From Nautiliaceae bacterium (GTDB lineage Bacteria; Campylobacterota; Campylobacteria; Campylobacterales; Nautiliaceae): DNA of 55,731 nt. Within the stretch, counting starts at the first letter, position 1. Every line of letters begins with the position of its first letter. Positions 40,872 to 52,740 of the stretch are shown piece after piece. The stretch lies in contig JAMOQT010000124.1 of the NCBI GenBank assembly GCA_027063865.1, positions 1 to 55,731 on the forward strand, given 5' to 3'. The notes beneath the pieces were generated by a model. The model saw nothing but the letters and a program-made list of their open reading frames with translations, had not been told where the DNA came from and made no database searches. The position numbers and the translations under genes are program-made.

Positions 40872-42194
40872 TTATGGATTTTTCCTAAAATAATTTTCAA
40901 TACCTTTAGTGATTCCTTTTGCTATAAGTTTTTGATAAGCGGGTGTGAAGAGTCTTAATGATTCAAGCGGATTGCTAAGATAGCCTGTTTCTATTAAAAT
41001 TGCAGGCATTTGAGTCCCTACCAAAACCCAAAAAGGTGCAGGTCTGACTCCGTTGTCTTTTACATTGCTGTATCTGCTTTTTAGTAAACTTAACATTCCC
41101 TGTTGCACGTCAATTGCGAGTTTGTTGGATTCAATAATTCTGTCTTTGTTTAGAAAACTTAAAATAACTCTTTGGTCGAGATAATTAAGTCCTTTTATCT
41201 CTTTGTTTTCAAGTCTTGCAACTCTTATGGCCCGTTCGTTTCTGGTTGGAGATAAAAAATAAGTTTCAATACCGTGAATGCTTTTTTTGTGTTTTGGTGC
41301 TATATTGCAGTGTATTGAAATAAACAAATCCGCTTTTTTAACATTTGCAAAATGAGTTCTTTTTTTAAGCGGAATAAAATAGTCACTGTTTCTGGTTAAA
41401 TATACTTTATAACCTTTTTGTAAGAGATAGTTTTTTAAATATTTTGCAATTTTTAAAACCGCTATTTTTTCATATCTGTTTTTAACGCCTATACCTCCGG
41501 CGTCTTTTCCCCCGTGTCCGGGGTCTATTACAATTATTTTATTTTGCGGTTTGAAAGCTTTTGGTTTTTCTAAAACGCTTTTAATTACCTGTTTTTTATG
41601 TAACGGATTAAGTTTTATTGTGATAATGCGGTTTTTTAAAGTGTATTTAATTGTAAATTTTTCCTTTGAATAATATACAATTCGGACGGTCTTTTTATTA
41701 AACTGGGCTATTTTTAAATAAATTTTCCCAATTTTTTTAGTAACAGGTTTGGCAATTACAGCGTTTGGCAGGTCTATTATTTTTTTGTAAAGATTGGTTT
41801 TAATGGTGAAAAATTTTATGTTTGTATCGGGTATTTTCATTTTTAACGGGTTATACGAATAGATTTTTATATATTTTGAAGGTTTTTTTATTTTATTGGA
41901 TGGAGTGGTGTCTGGTGATGAAGTTTTGCGATATATTTTGGTTTTGAGTTTATTGTTTTTTAATTTTTTGAGTTTTTGTTTGTAATCAGTTACGTTGAAT
42001 TTTAAAAACTCCCCGCATTCTATTAAACCTTCAAGTGCTTTTATTTCATTTTTTTTATTGTTGTCTAAAATGGCGGAAATGTATTCCTGTTGATATTTAT
42101 AGTAATTTTTATATGCATTATTTATTGAGGATTTGTCACATAATGCATATAAAAAAGAAAAAAGAAATAAATTAATGAAAATGATTTTTTTCAT
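40872..42194 (-). CDS. amiA: N-acetylmuramoyl-L-alanine amidase
   Basis: IDPGHGGKD, LFISIHCN, ILIETGY. Confidence 0.92.
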   Translation of the reverse strand: MKKIIFINLFLFSFLYALCDKSSINNAYKNYYKYQQEYISAILDNNKKNEIKALEGLIECGEFLKFNVTDYKQKLKKLKNNKLKTKIYRKTSSPDTTPSNKIKKPSKYIKIYSYNPLKMKIPDTNIKFFTIKTNLYKKIIDLPNAVIAKPVTKKIGKIYLKIAQFNKKTVRIVYYSKEKFTIKYTLKNRIITIKLNPLHKKQVIKSVLEKPKAFKPQNKIIVIDPGHGGKDAGGIGVKNRYEKIAVLKIAKYLKNYLLQKGYKVYLTRNSDYFIPLKKRTHFANVKKADLFISIHCNIAPKHKKSIHGIETYFLSPTRNERAIRVARLENKEIKGLNYLDQRVILSFLNKDRIIESNKLAIDVQQGMLSLLKSRYSNVKDNGVRPAPFWVLVGTQMPAILIETGYLSNPLESLRLFTPAYQKLIAKGITKGIENYFRKNP

Positions 42195-43279
42195 TATTCT
42201 CCTAGAAGCTCTTTCATAAGTTCTTTAACGCTTAAAAGTTTGTCGGCTTTATATGCGTATGCTCCCGTAAAAAACAGTCCAAGGTCTTTATCACCCATAT
42301 AAGCGTCTGCAAGTCTGTCGGCGATGCAGTATCCCACTTTCCTTGCTTCTTCACCTCTTTTACAAGGAAATACGCAGTTTGAAATACATTTGATAATTGG
42401 GGCTTCTTTTTTTTCAACTTTTTCTATAAGTTTTGTTCTAACACCCCTTGCAGGGTATCCTACGGGTGATTTCATTAAAATTATGTCTTCTTCTTTTGCG
42501 TTGAGAAGAGTTTGTTTAAATTCATCGCTTGCGTCGCATTCGTATGTTAAAGCAAATCTGGTCCCAAGCTGAACTCCATCAGCTCCTAATTCCATAAATT
42601 TGACAATGTCCTCATGACTCCATATGCCGCCCGCAGCGATTACAGGGATATTTGGGTCCCATTTTTTGACTTCTTCTTTTACATCGGGTACTAAATGCTC
42701 AAGCTGGTTTTCTTTTTTAAAACACTCTTCATATTTAAAACCCTGATGCCCACCGCTTAAAGGCCCCTCTACTATTACGGCATCGGGGATTCGCCCGTAT
42801 CTTTTTTCCCATCTTTTTGCTATAAGTTTAAAAGCCCTTCCGGTCGATACGATAGGCACTAATGCAACGTCTGGAAAGTCTTTTGTAAATTCAGGCATAT
42901 CCATAGGAAGCCCGGCACCTGTTATTATTATGTCGGCACCCGCTTCACAGGCATCCCTTACAACTCTTCCGTAATCGTTGATAGCATATAATACGTTACA
43001 TCCAAGAGGCGCATCAGAGCAAATTTTTCTGGCGTTTTCAAATATTTTAAAAAGTGCGTCGCGGCTGTAAAATTCTTTTTCAAGTAGTGGCCTTCCCTCC
43101 ACAAGTTTTTTGGCATATTTTTTATCTTCGTAATATCCTGTCCCGACAGCGCTTATTACTCCAAGGCCGCCTTCTTTACTTACATTTCCGGCTAATCTGT
43201 CCCAGCTTATACCAAGTCCCATACCTCCTTGGATAATGGGATATTTGATTGTGTGTTTACCTATTTTTAGGGGTTTCAT
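42194..43279 (-). CDS. fabX: Nitronate-monooxygenase-family flavoprotein, probably FabX (decanoyl-ACP dehydrogenase/isomerase)
   Basis: IIQGGMG, SGGHQG, AAGGI, CISNCVFPC...GYC cluster; position between tyrS and amiA matches Helicobacter fabX. Confidence 0.75.
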   Translation of the reverse strand: MKPLKIGKHTIKYPIIQGGMGLGISWDRLAGNVSKEGGLGVISAVGTGYYEDKKYAKKLVEGRPLLEKEFYSRDALFKIFENARKICSDAPLGCNVLYAINDYGRVVRDACEAGADIIITGAGLPMDMPEFTKDFPDVALVPIVSTGRAFKLIAKRWEKRYGRIPDAVIVEGPLSGGHQGFKYEECFKKENQLEHLVPDVKEEVKKWDPNIPVIAAGGIWSHEDIVKFMELGADGVQLGTRFALTYECDASDEFKQTLLNAKEEDIILMKSPVGYPARGVRTKLIEKVEKKEAPIIKCISNCVFPCKRGEEARKVGYCIADRLADAYMGDKDLGLFFTGAYAYKADKLLSVKELMKELLGE

Positions 43280-43472
43280 TACTGTCCTTTAGAAATTCGT
43301 TAACTTCTTTTTTCGAAATATTTAACTTTTTAGCAATTTCTTCGTTTGAAAGATTTAATTCTTTCAATACCTTAACGGCTTTTTGTATTCCTTTTTTAAT
43401 TCCCTGTTGGATTCCCTGCTGGATTCCCTGTTGAAAATACGGGTCGTCTTGTAAATTTATCGTAATAGGCAT
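43257..43472 (-). CDS. Nested in-frame 71-aa C-terminal protein (RpnS-like antitoxin candidate)
   Basis: AAGGAG-6nt-ATG inside the rpn gene, directly before [16 protein letters not shown]. Confidence 0.6.
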   Translation of the reverse strand: MPITINLQDDPYFQQGIQQGIQQGIKKGIQKAVKVLKELNLSNEEIAKKLNISKKEVNEFLKDSNETPKNR

Positions 43473-44060
43473 AACTTTCTCCTTAATTGCACTTAAAAGT
43501 TTTTCATTTATATTTTTTCTGTATCTGCTAAGTGATAAAAGTTTTTTAATGTAATCTTTTCTTTTGTTTTCAGGTAAATTTAATATTTCTTCAATTATAA
43601 CATTAATATATCTGTTTTCATTTTTTATATCGCATAAAACTGCTAAAATTTTATCCTCAATATCTTGCGAACTGATTAAACTTTCGCAATTGAATTTTCT
43701 TATATCTACCAACTGATACGTAAAATTTAAAACATCGGTTTGTACTCTGTTTGGCATATTTAAAGGTTTTTCGCCCACATACAAAACTTTTTGTAAAATT
43801 TTGTCGTTTTTGTATTTTTGCATAATCAGGATATAATATTCAAGCATTCTTAGATTTATATTTTTATCATTGAAACTTTGAACTTCAAGATGAAATATGC
43901 TTTTATCTTCGAGTTCAACTATTAAATCCGCTCTTTTGTCTTTAACTTCAGGCAGGGAGGTGTCTAAAAGTTTTACCCCTTTTTTGCCTGTTAAAAGTTC
44001 TATAAATTTATGAGGCATTGATGATATTACATCTCTTAATGTTATATCTATTTTTATCAT
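43257..44060 (-). CDS. Rpn/YhgA-like PD-(D/E)XK nuclease (recombination-promoting nuclease / putative transposase family)
   Basis: RADLIVEL...FHLEVQS, RMLEYY, VLYVG; C-terminal QQGI repeats and short HTH. Confidence 0.85.
   Translation of the reverse strand: MIKIDITLRDVISSMPHKFIELLTGKKGVKLLDTSLPEVKDKRADLIVELEDKSIFHLEVQSFNDKNINLRMLEYYILIMQKYKNDKILQKVLYVGEKPLNMPNRVQTDVLNFTYQLVDIRKFNCESLISSQDIEDKILAVLCDIKNENRYINVIIEEILNLPENKRKDYIKKLLSLSRYRKNINEKLLSAIKEKVMPITINLQDDPYFQQGIQQGIQQGIKKGIQKAVKVLKELNLSNEEIAKKLNISKKEVNEFLKDSNETPKNR
43399..43434 (-). repeat. 12-bp coding tandem repeat (QQGI x3)
   Basis: ATTCCCTGTTGG ATTCCCTGCTGG ATTCCCTGTTGA on the + strand. Confidence 0.9.
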
Positions 44061-45268
44061 TTAACTTTGACTTTAGCGAATTTTCTTTTTCCTATTTGAA
44101 GTATATATTCTTCACCGCTTGTTAAATTCAGGTTTTGGTCGTTTATTTTTTCCTGATTGACTCTGACCGCTCCGCCTTTTATATGACGTCTGGCTTCGGA
44201 TTTAGAAGATGCGAGTTTGGTATTAGCCAATGCGTCAACTATGTTTTGAGGCTCTATTTCAAATTCAGGAATATCATCTGGTATTTGTCCGTGTTTGTGC
44301 ACTTTGTCAAAATGCTCTTTAGCTTTTTCACCTTCACCGCTTCCGTGAAATCTGTCAACTATTTCTATTGCCAGGGCTTCTTTTGCAATTTTAGGGTTCA
44401 TTCCGTTTTTTACTTTTTCTTTAAGCTCTTCAATTTCTTTAATTGATTTTTCACTTAAAAGTTCATACCAATCCCACATAAGTTCGTCTGAAATTGAGAG
44501 TACTTTTGCGAATATTGTATTGGGGTCTTCGGTAATTCCTATGTAGTTGCCAAGGGATTTACTCATTTTGTTTACGCCGTCAAGTCCGACTAACAACGGC
44601 ATCATAATTACGCTTTGTTCTTTTCCGACATTGTATGTCTTTTGAAGCTGTCTTCCCATTAAAAGATTGAATTTCTGATCAGTCCCGCCTATTTCAATAT
44701 CGCTTTTTAATGCTACGCTGTCATAACCTTGTAAAAGAGGATAAATAAATTCGCTTATAGCTATAGGCGTCTGGCTTTTAAATCTTTTTTCAAAATCGTC
44801 TCTTTCTAGCATTCTGGCAACCGTATAAGTTGTTGTAAGTTCTACAATTCCGGCAGCACCTAAAGCGTTTAACCATTCTGAATTGAAAACGACTTTTGTG
44901 TTTTCCTTATCGAGTATTTTAAATACCTGTTCTTTATAAGTTTCGGCGTTTTTTGCAACTTCTTCCGGGGTTAGCATTTTACGTGTTGCGCTTTTGCCTG
45001 TCGGGTCACCGATTTGTGCCGTAAAATCTCCAATTAAAAACTGAACGGTTGCTCCGTATTTTTGAAATGTTTTAAGTTTTTGAAGCAATACCGTATGACC
45101 TAAATGCAAATCCGGAGCAGTCGGGTCAAAACCCGCTTTAATAGTAAACCTTTCCCCCGTATTGAGATATCTGTTAATAAGTTTTTCAATATAATCAAGG
45201 CCTATAATTTCACTGCTTCCCCTTTTAATTTCGGCCACTGCCTCGTCAAGTTTTGGATGTTTTTCCAT
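44057..45268 (-). CDS. tyrS: Tyrosine-tRNA ligase
   Basis: [27 protein letters not shown]4 domain; start uncertain (ATG 45268 or 45289, within the repeat). Confidence 0.96.
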   Translation of the reverse strand: MEKHPKLDEAVAEIKRGSSEIIGLDYIEKLINRYLNTGERFTIKAGFDPTAPDLHLGHTVLLQKLKTFQKYGATVQFLIGDFTAQIGDPTGKSATRKMLTPEEVAKNAETYKEQVFKILDKENTKVVFNSEWLNALGAAGIVELTTTYTVARMLERDDFEKRFKSQTPIAISEFIYPLLQGYDSVALKSDIEIGGTDQKFNLLMGRQLQKTYNVGKEQSVIMMPLLVGLDGVNKMSKSLGNYIGITEDPNTIFAKVLSISDELMWDWYELLSEKSIKEIEELKEKVKNGMNPKIAKEALAIEIVDRFHGSGEGEKAKEHFDKVHKHGQIPDDIPEFEIEPQNIVDALANTKLASSKSEARRHIKGGAVRVNQEKINDQNLNLTSGEEYILQIGKRKFAKVKVK

Positions 45269-45313
45269 ATTTAATTTTCCATTCTCCATTCTCAATTCTC
45301 CATTACCCATTAT
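45265..45313 (-). repeat. Heptamer array AGAATGG/AGAATTG at the spoT-tyrS junction
   Basis: + strand CCATATT TAATTTT CCATTCT CCATTCT CAATTCT CCATTAC CCATTAT. Confidence 0.85.
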
Positions 45314-47417
45314 ACGCATCCTTTGTTGAAATAAATTCTATGATATTGTATTCACTTGCTATTTTTTGTTTGATGGTATCAAACATTTTTGAATCAAACT
45401 CTATTTCGAGTTTACAGTTGTTTGATTCTTTTCCTAAAGTTATTGAATGGATAAAGATTCCAAGCCTGCTTAAGAAACTTACAAATTTTGCAAGTTCCCC
45501 TTTTTTATTCTGAAGCGTTACAACAAGAAAATATCTGTTTTGGGTGTTTCTTATCCATTCTACAAAAACGGCTTTGTCTATTTTCTTTTCGGCATTATTA
45601 CAAAATCTGTGGTGAATTTCAACTTCTTTTTTCTTTAGAAGCCCCAAAATTTTATCGCCGAATTTTGGATGACAGCAGTAATTAAAACCGATATCCAGTA
45701 TCTGTTTGTTGCTAAGAACCCTTATGTTTCCAAATTCAAACTCTTTGAGGTTTATGTTTTTAAAATATAAAATGTTTCTTTTTCTTAAGGTTTTGTAAAG
45801 TCTTTTAATTACATCTTTTAGGAAGTTTTCGTCATCCACTATTTTTGTAATGGATTCGCATAAATTATTGGCTTTAATTAACGTCCTGATTTTAATTTCG
45901 CTAATATCAAATATTCCTTTAAGAATTGCAATTGCAAGTTTTCTGTTGATTTCTTTTTCTTTTTGGCGGCACAGTTTTTTCTGTTCGTATTTTGCCTTGC
46001 TGGTTTTTAGTGATTCTATCCAGCTGCATCTGGGAATTACTTCGTTGCCTGTTACTATTCTTACGATGTCTCCTGTTTTAAGAGTTGTAAGAAGAGTGGC
46101 TTTTTCTTTGTTAATGTATGCTCCGATAGCTTTGTTTCCAATATCGGTATGTATCATGTAGGCAAAATCAAGAGCCGTTGCACCTCTTGGAAGGGTAAAT
46201 GTGTCAAATTTCGGTGAATAAACGACAATGTCTTCGCTGAATAAATCATTTTTGGCAAGTTCGTAAAAATCTTCAATATCTTCTTCAAATTTCATATCTT
46301 CAAGCCATTTTATATTCGGAAGGGCAGTGTTTAGTTTGTATTTCCAGTGTGCCGCAATACCGAATTCGGCGTTTTTATCCATATCAAATGTACGTATCTG
46401 AACTTCTATAATAGAATTGCCGTCATAAACGGTTGTATGCAGTGTCTGGTATCCGTTTTCTTTCGGAATTGCGATATAATCTTTAAATCGTGAAATTAAA
46501 GGTCTGAAATTTAAATGCACCACGCCTAGCGTTTCGTAACACTCAATAGGTTCGTTTACTATAATTCTTACTGCAAGCAGGTCTAAAATCTCTTCGATAG
46601 AAATACCTTTTCTCTGCATTTTTAAAAAAATTGAATAATAATGTTTTATCCTGCTTTTAATTTCAAAATCTTTGAGCCCCTCTTTTAAAAGCAGTTTTTG
46701 GATTTTTTGGATAAATTCGTTTAGCCTGAGGGTAAATTCTTCTTTGTGTTTTTTAAGATAGTCGTCGATTTTTTTGTATTCCTCTGGCAAAAGGTATTTA
46801 AATGCCAAATCCTCTAAAACATTTTTAAGCGTGGAAATACCGAGCCTGTGTGCAATAGGTGTATAAACTACAAGCGTTTCTTCGGCGATACGCTTTTGTT
46901 TGTGAGAAGGCAAGGCATCAAGGGTTAGCATATTGTGAAGTCTATCGCAAAGTTTTATAACTAACACCCTGATGTCCTGAATGGAAGCAAGAAGCATCTT
47001 TCTAAACGTCATTGCCGATTTTGTAAGTTTTTCGTTTGATGTTGAAGGTACAAGCGAACTTTGTCTGATTTCAACTATTTTTGTAAGTCCTTCTACAAGA
47101 TTGGCAACGTTTTGTCCGAATTTGTCTTTAATATAATAAATCGTATAATCGGTGTCTTCAACTATATCATGCAGTATTGCTGCTGCTATTACGTCTTCGT
47201 CTTCACTGAAATAGCTTGTAATTACGGCAACCAAAATGGGATGAATTACATAATCCTCCCCGCTTTTTCGTTTTTGTCCGCTGTGTGCTTTAATGGCAAA
47301 TTTAACAGCTTTGTTTATAAGCGGGGTGTTGATTTTCTGAAGCAAAAGCCCGAGGGCTTCATCGGTAATTTTAATATGCTTTATTTTTTCAAGTAACTGA
47401 AGGAAATCTTCTCTCAA
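45303..47417 (-). CDS. spoT: Bifunctional (p)ppGpp synthetase/hydrolase
   Basis: [47 protein letters not shown] and ACT domains. Confidence 0.96.
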   Translation of the reverse strand: MREDFLQLLEKIKHIKITDEALGLLLQKINTPLINKAVKFAIKAHSGQKRKSGEDYVIHPILVAVITSYFSEDEDVIAAAILHDIVEDTDYTIYYIKDKFGQNVANLVEGLTKIVEIRQSSLVPSTSNEKLTKSAMTFRKMLLASIQDIRVLVIKLCDRLHNMLTLDALPSHKQKRIAEETLVVYTPIAHRLGISTLKNVLEDLAFKYLLPEEYKKIDDYLKKHKEEFTLRLNEFIQKIQKLLLKEGLKDFEIKSRIKHYYSIFLKMQRKGISIEEILDLLAVRIIVNEPIECYETLGVVHLNFRPLISRFKDYIAIPKENGYQTLHTTVYDGNSIIEVQIRTFDMDKNAEFGIAAHWKYKLNTALPNIKWLEDMKFEEDIEDFYELAKNDLFSEDIVVYSPKFDTFTLPRGATALDFAYMIHTDIGNKAIGAYINKEKATLLTTLKTGDIVRIVTGNEVIPRCSWIESLKTSKAKYEQKKLCRQKEKEINRKLAIAILKGIFDISEIKIRTLIKANNLCESITKIVDDENFLKDVIKRLYKTLRKRNILYFKNINLKEFEFGNIRVLSNKQILDIGFNYCCHPKFGDKILGLLKKKEVEIHHRFCNNAEKKIDKAVFVEWIRNTQNRYFLVVTLQNKKGELAKFVSFLSRLGIFIHSITLGKESNNCKLEIEFDSKMFDTIKQKIASEYNIIEFISTKDAYNG

Positions 47418-47617
47418 ACTTCTTTAACCTTTACAAGACCTTCTGCTATTTCAAGAGTAGCAATTTCTGTTAACTGCATGTTTGGTTTGGGAAGTTCAAT
47501 TAGAGGTTTTGCACCATTCATAAGTTCGTTTACTCTTTTTGCTATTGCCTGGCTTAAAAGATATCTGTCGTAATTAACTTTTTCGAGAGCTTTTGCGTTA
47601 ATCTGTTCTATTCTCAT
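47414..47617 (-). CDS. rpoZ: RNA polymerase omega subunit
   Basis: DRYLLSQAIAKRVNEL...IATLEIAEG. Confidence 0.92.
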   Translation of the reverse strand: MRIEQINAKALEKVNYDRYLLSQAIAKRVNELMNGAKPLIELPKPNMQLTEIATLEIAEGLVKVKEV

Positions 47618-47653
47618 CTGTGTCCTTTTTGTGTGGAATTATAACAAAATGTA

Positions 47654-47757
47654 GATTGGTGCATTGGTGTATTGGTATATTGGTGATTTATGAAAAAATA
47701 AAACCAATTAACCAATACACAAATAACAAATCACTAATCACTAATCACTAATCACTT
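47654..47757. repeat. Inverted 8-mer pair (NATTGGTG / ACCAATAC) plus heptamer ACTAATC array
   Basis: GATTGGTG CATTGGTG TATTGGTA TATTGGTG ... AACCAATT AACCAATA CACAAATA ... ACTAATC x3, abutting the pyrH stop. Confidence 0.85.
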
Positions 47758-48489
<732 letters not shown>

Positions 48490-48512
48490 TTAAAATGGTA
48501 TTATACCAAATT

Positions 48513-48745
48513 AATGGAGAATGGATAAAGTGAAATGGGTGAAAATGAGCGCAGCGAACCCGGCCACTTGAAAAGTGGCGGGGGAGGGTGAAAGAGGGTG
48601 AAAGAGGGTGGTGAGATGTAAAATGGAAAATGTAAAATGTAAAATGGAAAATAAAGCCATTTTAACCAATACACCAATACATTAATGACCATAGTAACTT
48701 AATAACTTAATTAACTTTACTAACCTCAATAATCAATACACCACT
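48513..48745. repeat. Mosaic repeat block: AATGGAG 7-mers, REP-like copy 3 (48537-48593), GAGGGTGAAA 10-mers, ATGTAAA/ATGGAAA 7-mers, ACCAATAC/AACTTAAT 8-mers
   Basis: Read directly in the divergent pyrH/rluD intergenic region. Confidence 0.9.
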
Positions 48746-48777
48746 AATTTTGATATAATTTTTAAAAAAGGATAGGG

Positions 48778-49716
48778 TTGGTAAAAACATTTCTCGCCGA
48801 TAAAAAAGAGAGAGTTGATAAATTTTTAAGTGAAAAATTAAACGTATCAAGAAACCAGATAGAACATCTCATAAAACACTCTTTGGTTAAAGTAAATGGT
48901 AAAATTATAAAAAAAGGCGGGGTTAAATTAAATACAGGCGATAAAATCGAAGCCGAAATTAAAGAGGCAAAACCTTCAGAAAAAGATTATAAGGTGAATT
49001 TCGATATTTCCGTTTTATATGAAGATGAGGATTTGTTAATTATCAACAAACCGCCGGGGGTTGTCGTACATCCAGCACCGAGTGTTAAAGAAGCAACTCT
49101 TGTCGACTGGCTAAAAGCCAAAAATTACAGACTCTCAACAATTGCCGGAGAAGAGAGATTCGGAATAGTCCACAGGATTGACAAGGAAACAAGCGGTGCT
49201 TTGGTAATAGCCAAAAACAACAAAACGCACGAATTTTTAAGCGCCCAGCTTAAAGATAAGTCAATGGGCAGATATTATTTGATGATTTTAAACGAACCGT
49301 TAAAAGATGCGGTGTGTGTGGATAAACCAATAGCCAGAAATCCTAAAAACAGGCTAAAAATGGCTTATGTTAAAAACGGCAGAGACGCAAAAACACTCTT
49401 TGTGCCCCTGTTTGAAAATGTAGCGGCGGCAAAACTATTTACGGGGAGGACACATCAGATAAGGGTGCATCTTTCGACGATAGGTAGGTATATAATAGGT
49501 GACGTTTTATACGGCAAGAAAAATCAAAAGGTACCAAGGGTGATGCTTCACGCAAAAGAGCTTTATTTTATTCACCCAAGCGGAAAAAAACTTAGTATAA
49601 TTGCACCAATGTTTGACGATTTTAAAAAATACCTTCCAAAAGGATTCAATTATGAAGAAAATAATACCCTTTCTGATATTTTTAGTGCTTATAACCGGTT
49701 GTGCGCTAAACAATAA
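48778..49716 (+). CDS. rluD: 23S rRNA pseudouridine synthase, RluD family
   Basis: S4 domain, NKPPGVVVHP, GIVHRIDKETSG, TGRTHQIRVH. Confidence 0.9.
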   Translation: MVKTFLADKKERVDKFLSEKLNVSRNQIEHLIKHSLVKVNGKIIKKGGVKLNTGDKIEAEIKEAKPSEKDYKVNFDISVLYEDEDLLIINKPPGVVVHPAPSVKEATLVDWLKAKNYRLSTIAGEERFGIVHRIDKETSGALVIAKNNKTHEFLSAQLKDKSMGRYYLMILNEPLKDAVCVDKPIARNPKNRLKMAYVKNGRDAKTLFVPLFENVAAAKLFTGRTHQIRVHLSTIGRYIIGDVLYGKKNQKVPRVMLHAKELYFIHPSGKKLSIIAPMFDDFKKYLPKGFNYEENNTLSDIFSAYNRLCAKQ

Positions 49717-50848
49717 ACCTGCACCCAAATCAAATCCGAATCTGCCAAAGGTTAAAAAGTTCAATGCATATCCCGATAGAAATGCAATTGCCCTTAAGTG
49801 GAGTCCGGTTACTTCTATGAAAGGTTATTATATTCAAAAATTAAATAATAAAACAAAAAAATGGGAAATGCTAAAAACAATAAACACCCCGTATCAAACT
49901 CTTTATGTTGATACGGGACTTAAACCGAATACGGAATATGTTTATAGAATCGCAACCTTTAACGCTTCAAAAATTCCTTCCCTTGCCAAAGAAATATCTC
50001 AAAAGACACTGCCTAGCATCGCACCCGTAATTCCTCTTGAAGTCAGACCTTTAAAAAAGGGTGTTGTAAAAATTATATTCAGACCGCATCCTAACGAAAG
50101 GGTTGAGGGGTATATTATTGAAAAATTCAACGACAAAAACGGCAAATGGGAAAAACTTGCAAATCTGACCCCGAGATTTAATGTTGAATATATTGATAAA
50201 AACCTTGAAGACGGCAAAATTTACAGATACAGGATAATCGCTTATACATTTGACGGATTAAAATCCGCACCGTCTCAGGAAATGTCGGTTTCTACTTATC
50301 CGAAACCTCGTGTGGTTCAAAATATACAAGCAACAGTCAATCTTCCCAGAAAAATCGTTTTAAAATGGTCGCCGGTTGGAAATGCAAGTTATTATAAAAT
50401 TTACAGAAAAAGTTTTTTTGGACATATATATAAACCTATTGCCAAAACGAAAAAAACCACATATACCGACATAATAAACGAAGACGGGGCAAAAAGATAT
50501 TATAAAGTTACGGCTGTCAGTGTACATGAAACGGAATCTCTATTTGATAAAACGCCTGAAGTTATGGGACAAACCCTTCAAGTCCCCGCAAAACCGCTGG
50601 TATCTACAAACATAACCCCAAACGGTGTGGAGTTTGTTTTTTCAAGTCCGGATGAGAGGGCTGTAAAGTATCTTGTGGTAAGAAAAGAGGGAAATGTGTT
50701 TAATGCTAAAGAGCATAAATTTATAGTAAAAGGCAACAGGTTTGCGGATAAAAACATACAAAAAAAACATTCATATACCTATGACATATATGCGATTGAC
50801 AAATACGGTTTGATTTCAGAAGCAAACAGGGTTGAGGTGGATTTTTAA
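49652..50848 (+). CDS. Fibronectin type III domain lipoprotein (FlpA-like)
   Basis: Start moved to ATG 49652 (lipobox LITGC); FN3 repeats (LKW...YVDTGLKPNTEYVYRI). Confidence 0.85.
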   Translation: MKKIIPFLIFLVLITGCALNNKPAPKSNPNLPKVKKFNAYPDRNAIALKWSPVTSMKGYYIQKLNNKTKKWEMLKTINTPYQTLYVDTGLKPNTEYVYRIATFNASKIPSLAKEISQKTLPSIAPVIPLEVRPLKKGVVKIIFRPHPNERVEGYIIEKFNDKNGKWEKLANLTPRFNVEYIDKNLEDGKIYRYRIIAYTFDGLKSAPSQEMSVSTYPKPRVVQNIQATVNLPRKIVLKWSPVGNASYYKIYRKSFFGHIYKPIAKTKKTTYTDIINEDGAKRYYKVTAVSVHETESLFDKTPEVMGQTLQVPAKPLVSTNITPNGVEFVFSSPDERAVKYLVVRKEGNVFNAKEHKFIVKGNRFADKNIQKKHSYTYDIYAIDKYGLISEANRVEVDF

Positions 50849-51966
50849 TGCCCCATATAGTTATTGATAAAATAAAAAAGATTAAATATCCCGTAACGGT
50901 TGATGATGTCGAGTTTTTATTCGAAGCGGAAAATTTAATAGGCGTTAAAACAAAAAAAGCGAAATTTTTAATTAAGGTGTTGAAAAAGGAAAAAGGTTTT
51001 CTTGTAAAATACGATAAAATCACAAGACCGCTTATCAGTGAAATAAAAAAGGCGTATAAAGCGTTTGTAAAATTAAACGGTGCAAATATAATTTTTGAAA
51101 ATATTGAAGGAATAAAAGAAAAAATTCCTGATAAAAACCTTTTGGATATAACGTCGGATTTAAGTGATGTGGATATTGTTGAAGTCGGATTTGGAAGCGG
51201 GAGGCATTTGTTGCACCTTGCAAAAAAATATCCGGATAAAATAATACTCGGAATAGAAATACACAAACCGTCAATCGAGCAGGTCTTAAAAAGATGCATT
51301 TATGAAAATATAGATAATATAAGAATCATAAATCACGATGCAAGGATTATTTTAAGTAAAATCCCTTCAAACAGACTTCATTCCATATATGTTCATTTTC
51401 CGGTGCCATGGGATAAAAAACCGCACAGAAGAGTGATAAACAGAGATTTTATAAATGAATCTGTAAGAGCGCTTAAAAAAGATGGTTTTTTACATTTAAG
51501 AACGGACAGTGACAACTATTTTGAATATTCTTTAAACGAGTTTTTAAGTTTTAAAGAGATTGATTTGAAAGTACAAAAAAACATTCCTTACGAAGTTTCC
51601 AGTAAATATGAGGACAGATGGCGCAAAATGGAAAAGGATATTTACGATATATATATGATTAATCATACAATATCAGATGAACTTGTTGAAGATTTTGATT
51701 TCAGTTTCGAATGCAGACTTAAAAATTTGGATTTTGCTCCTAAAATTTATGATAACTTTGTAATACATATTGAAAAAGTATTTAAAATTGACGATAAAAG
51801 GGAGCTAATTAGGGCTACAATAGGTAATTTCAACAGACCTGAACACATATATATATTAAATCAGGAAACACCTGAATATTTTAAATCTCCGGCACCTATA
51901 AGGGAGAATTATTTGGCACATATTGAACTTAAAAGGATATTTAATGGGTGTGCTTGTAAAAGCTGA
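50848..51966 (+). CDS. trmB: tRNA (guanine-N7)-methyltransferase
   Basis: EVGFGSG, GIEI, HFPVPWDKKPHRR, RTD. Confidence 0.92.
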   Translation: MPHIVIDKIKKIKYPVTVDDVEFLFEAENLIGVKTKKAKFLIKVLKKEKGFLVKYDKITRPLISEIKKAYKAFVKLNGANIIFENIEGIKEKIPDKNLLDITSDLSDVDIVEVGFGSGRHLLHLAKKYPDKIILGIEIHKPSIEQVLKRCIYENIDNIRIINHDARIILSKIPSNRLHSIYVHFPVPWDKKPHRRVINRDFINESVRALKKDGFLHLRTDSDNYFEYSLNEFLSFKEIDLKVQKNIPYEVSSKYEDRWRKMEKDIYDIYMINHTISDELVEDFDFSFECRLKNLDFAPKIYDNFVIHIEKVFKIDDKRELIRATIGNFNRPEHIYILNQETPEYFKSPAPIRENYLAHIELKRIFNGCACKS

Positions 51967-52612
51967 AAATCTTTATATCGGTTATAAAAACGAAATGGTG
52001 ATAAGAAATGCAAATTTTAAAATTTACTCCAAAGATTTTGTTTTTTTAACGGGGGTGAGCGGAAGCGGAAAAACTACTCTTATTAAGTCCATATACGGAG
52101 AGGTTCCCGTTGTTAAAGGCTCATTGAATGTCGGGGGAATTGAGCTAAACAACATTAAAAAATCCAAACTTTCATATCTAAGAAAATATTTGGGTGTGGT
52201 TTTTCAGGATTATAAACTGATACCCGAATGGACGATACTTAAAAACGTAATGCTTCCGATGCTTATATCGGGAATTGATAAATCTATTGCAGAAGAGGAA
52301 GCCATAAATCTTTTAAACAAAGTCAAACTTTCCCATAAATTGGATAAATATCCCGCAGAGCTTAGCGGAGGTGAACAGCAAAGGGCGGCAATAGCAAGGG
52401 CGATTATTCACGACCCGGTGATGATTTTAGCGGATGAGCCTATTTCGGGACTTGATGAATATTCGGCAAATTTGGTAATGGATCTTTTTATTATGGCAAA
52501 TAGGGAAAAGGGCATAACCGTAGTTATAGCATCTCATTCGCTTCCTCAGACTTTTGATGTGAATTACCGTCAAATACATCTTGAAAAAGGACAGGTTCAT
52601 GAACTCTCTTAA
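51944..52612 (+). CDS. ftsE: Cell division ATP-binding protein
   Basis: GVSGSGKT, VFQDYKLI, LSGGEQQR, LADEP; start moved to ATG 51944. Confidence 0.92.
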   Translation: MGVLVKAENLYIGYKNEMVIRNANFKIYSKDFVFLTGVSGSGKTTLIKSIYGEVPVVKGSLNVGGIELNNIKKSKLSYLRKYLGVVFQDYKLIPEWTILKNVMLPMLISGIDKSIAEEEAINLLNKVKLSHKLDKYPAELSGGEQQRAAIARAIIHDPVMILADEPISGLDEYSANLVMDLFIMANREKGITVVIASHSLPQTFDVNYRQIHLEKGQVHELS

Positions 52613-52675
52613 AAGCCATTTTTTCAGATTCTTTTCTTAGAAGTGCCCAAAATTCAATATTTTAAATTTTTATTA

Positions 52676-52718
52676 TTTTGGTAATTTTAGTAAAATAATT
52701 TACCAAAAATTTACCAAA
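52676..52718. repeat. TTTACCAAA repeats (integrase arm-site-like), left end
   Basis: The 22-bp TTTAGTAAAATAATTTACCAAA at 52686-52707 recurs at 55366-55387. Confidence 0.75.
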
Positions 52719-52740
52719 TTTTACAAATTGAGGTACTGTT

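Noticed and set aside
48513-48650. CsrB-like CsrA-sponge RNA (several AUGGA motifs; csrA is in the window)
   Set aside because: Few GGA motifs, not in evident stem-loops, and most arrays lack GGA; cannot be supported from sequence alone.
48501-48692. 63-aa minus-strand ORF
   Set aside because: Composed entirely of the repeat mosaic and REP-like element.
50721-51299. 192-aa antisense ORF and the other antisense ORFs in the track
   Set aside because: Shadow frames opposite well-supported genes, with no motifs or RBS.
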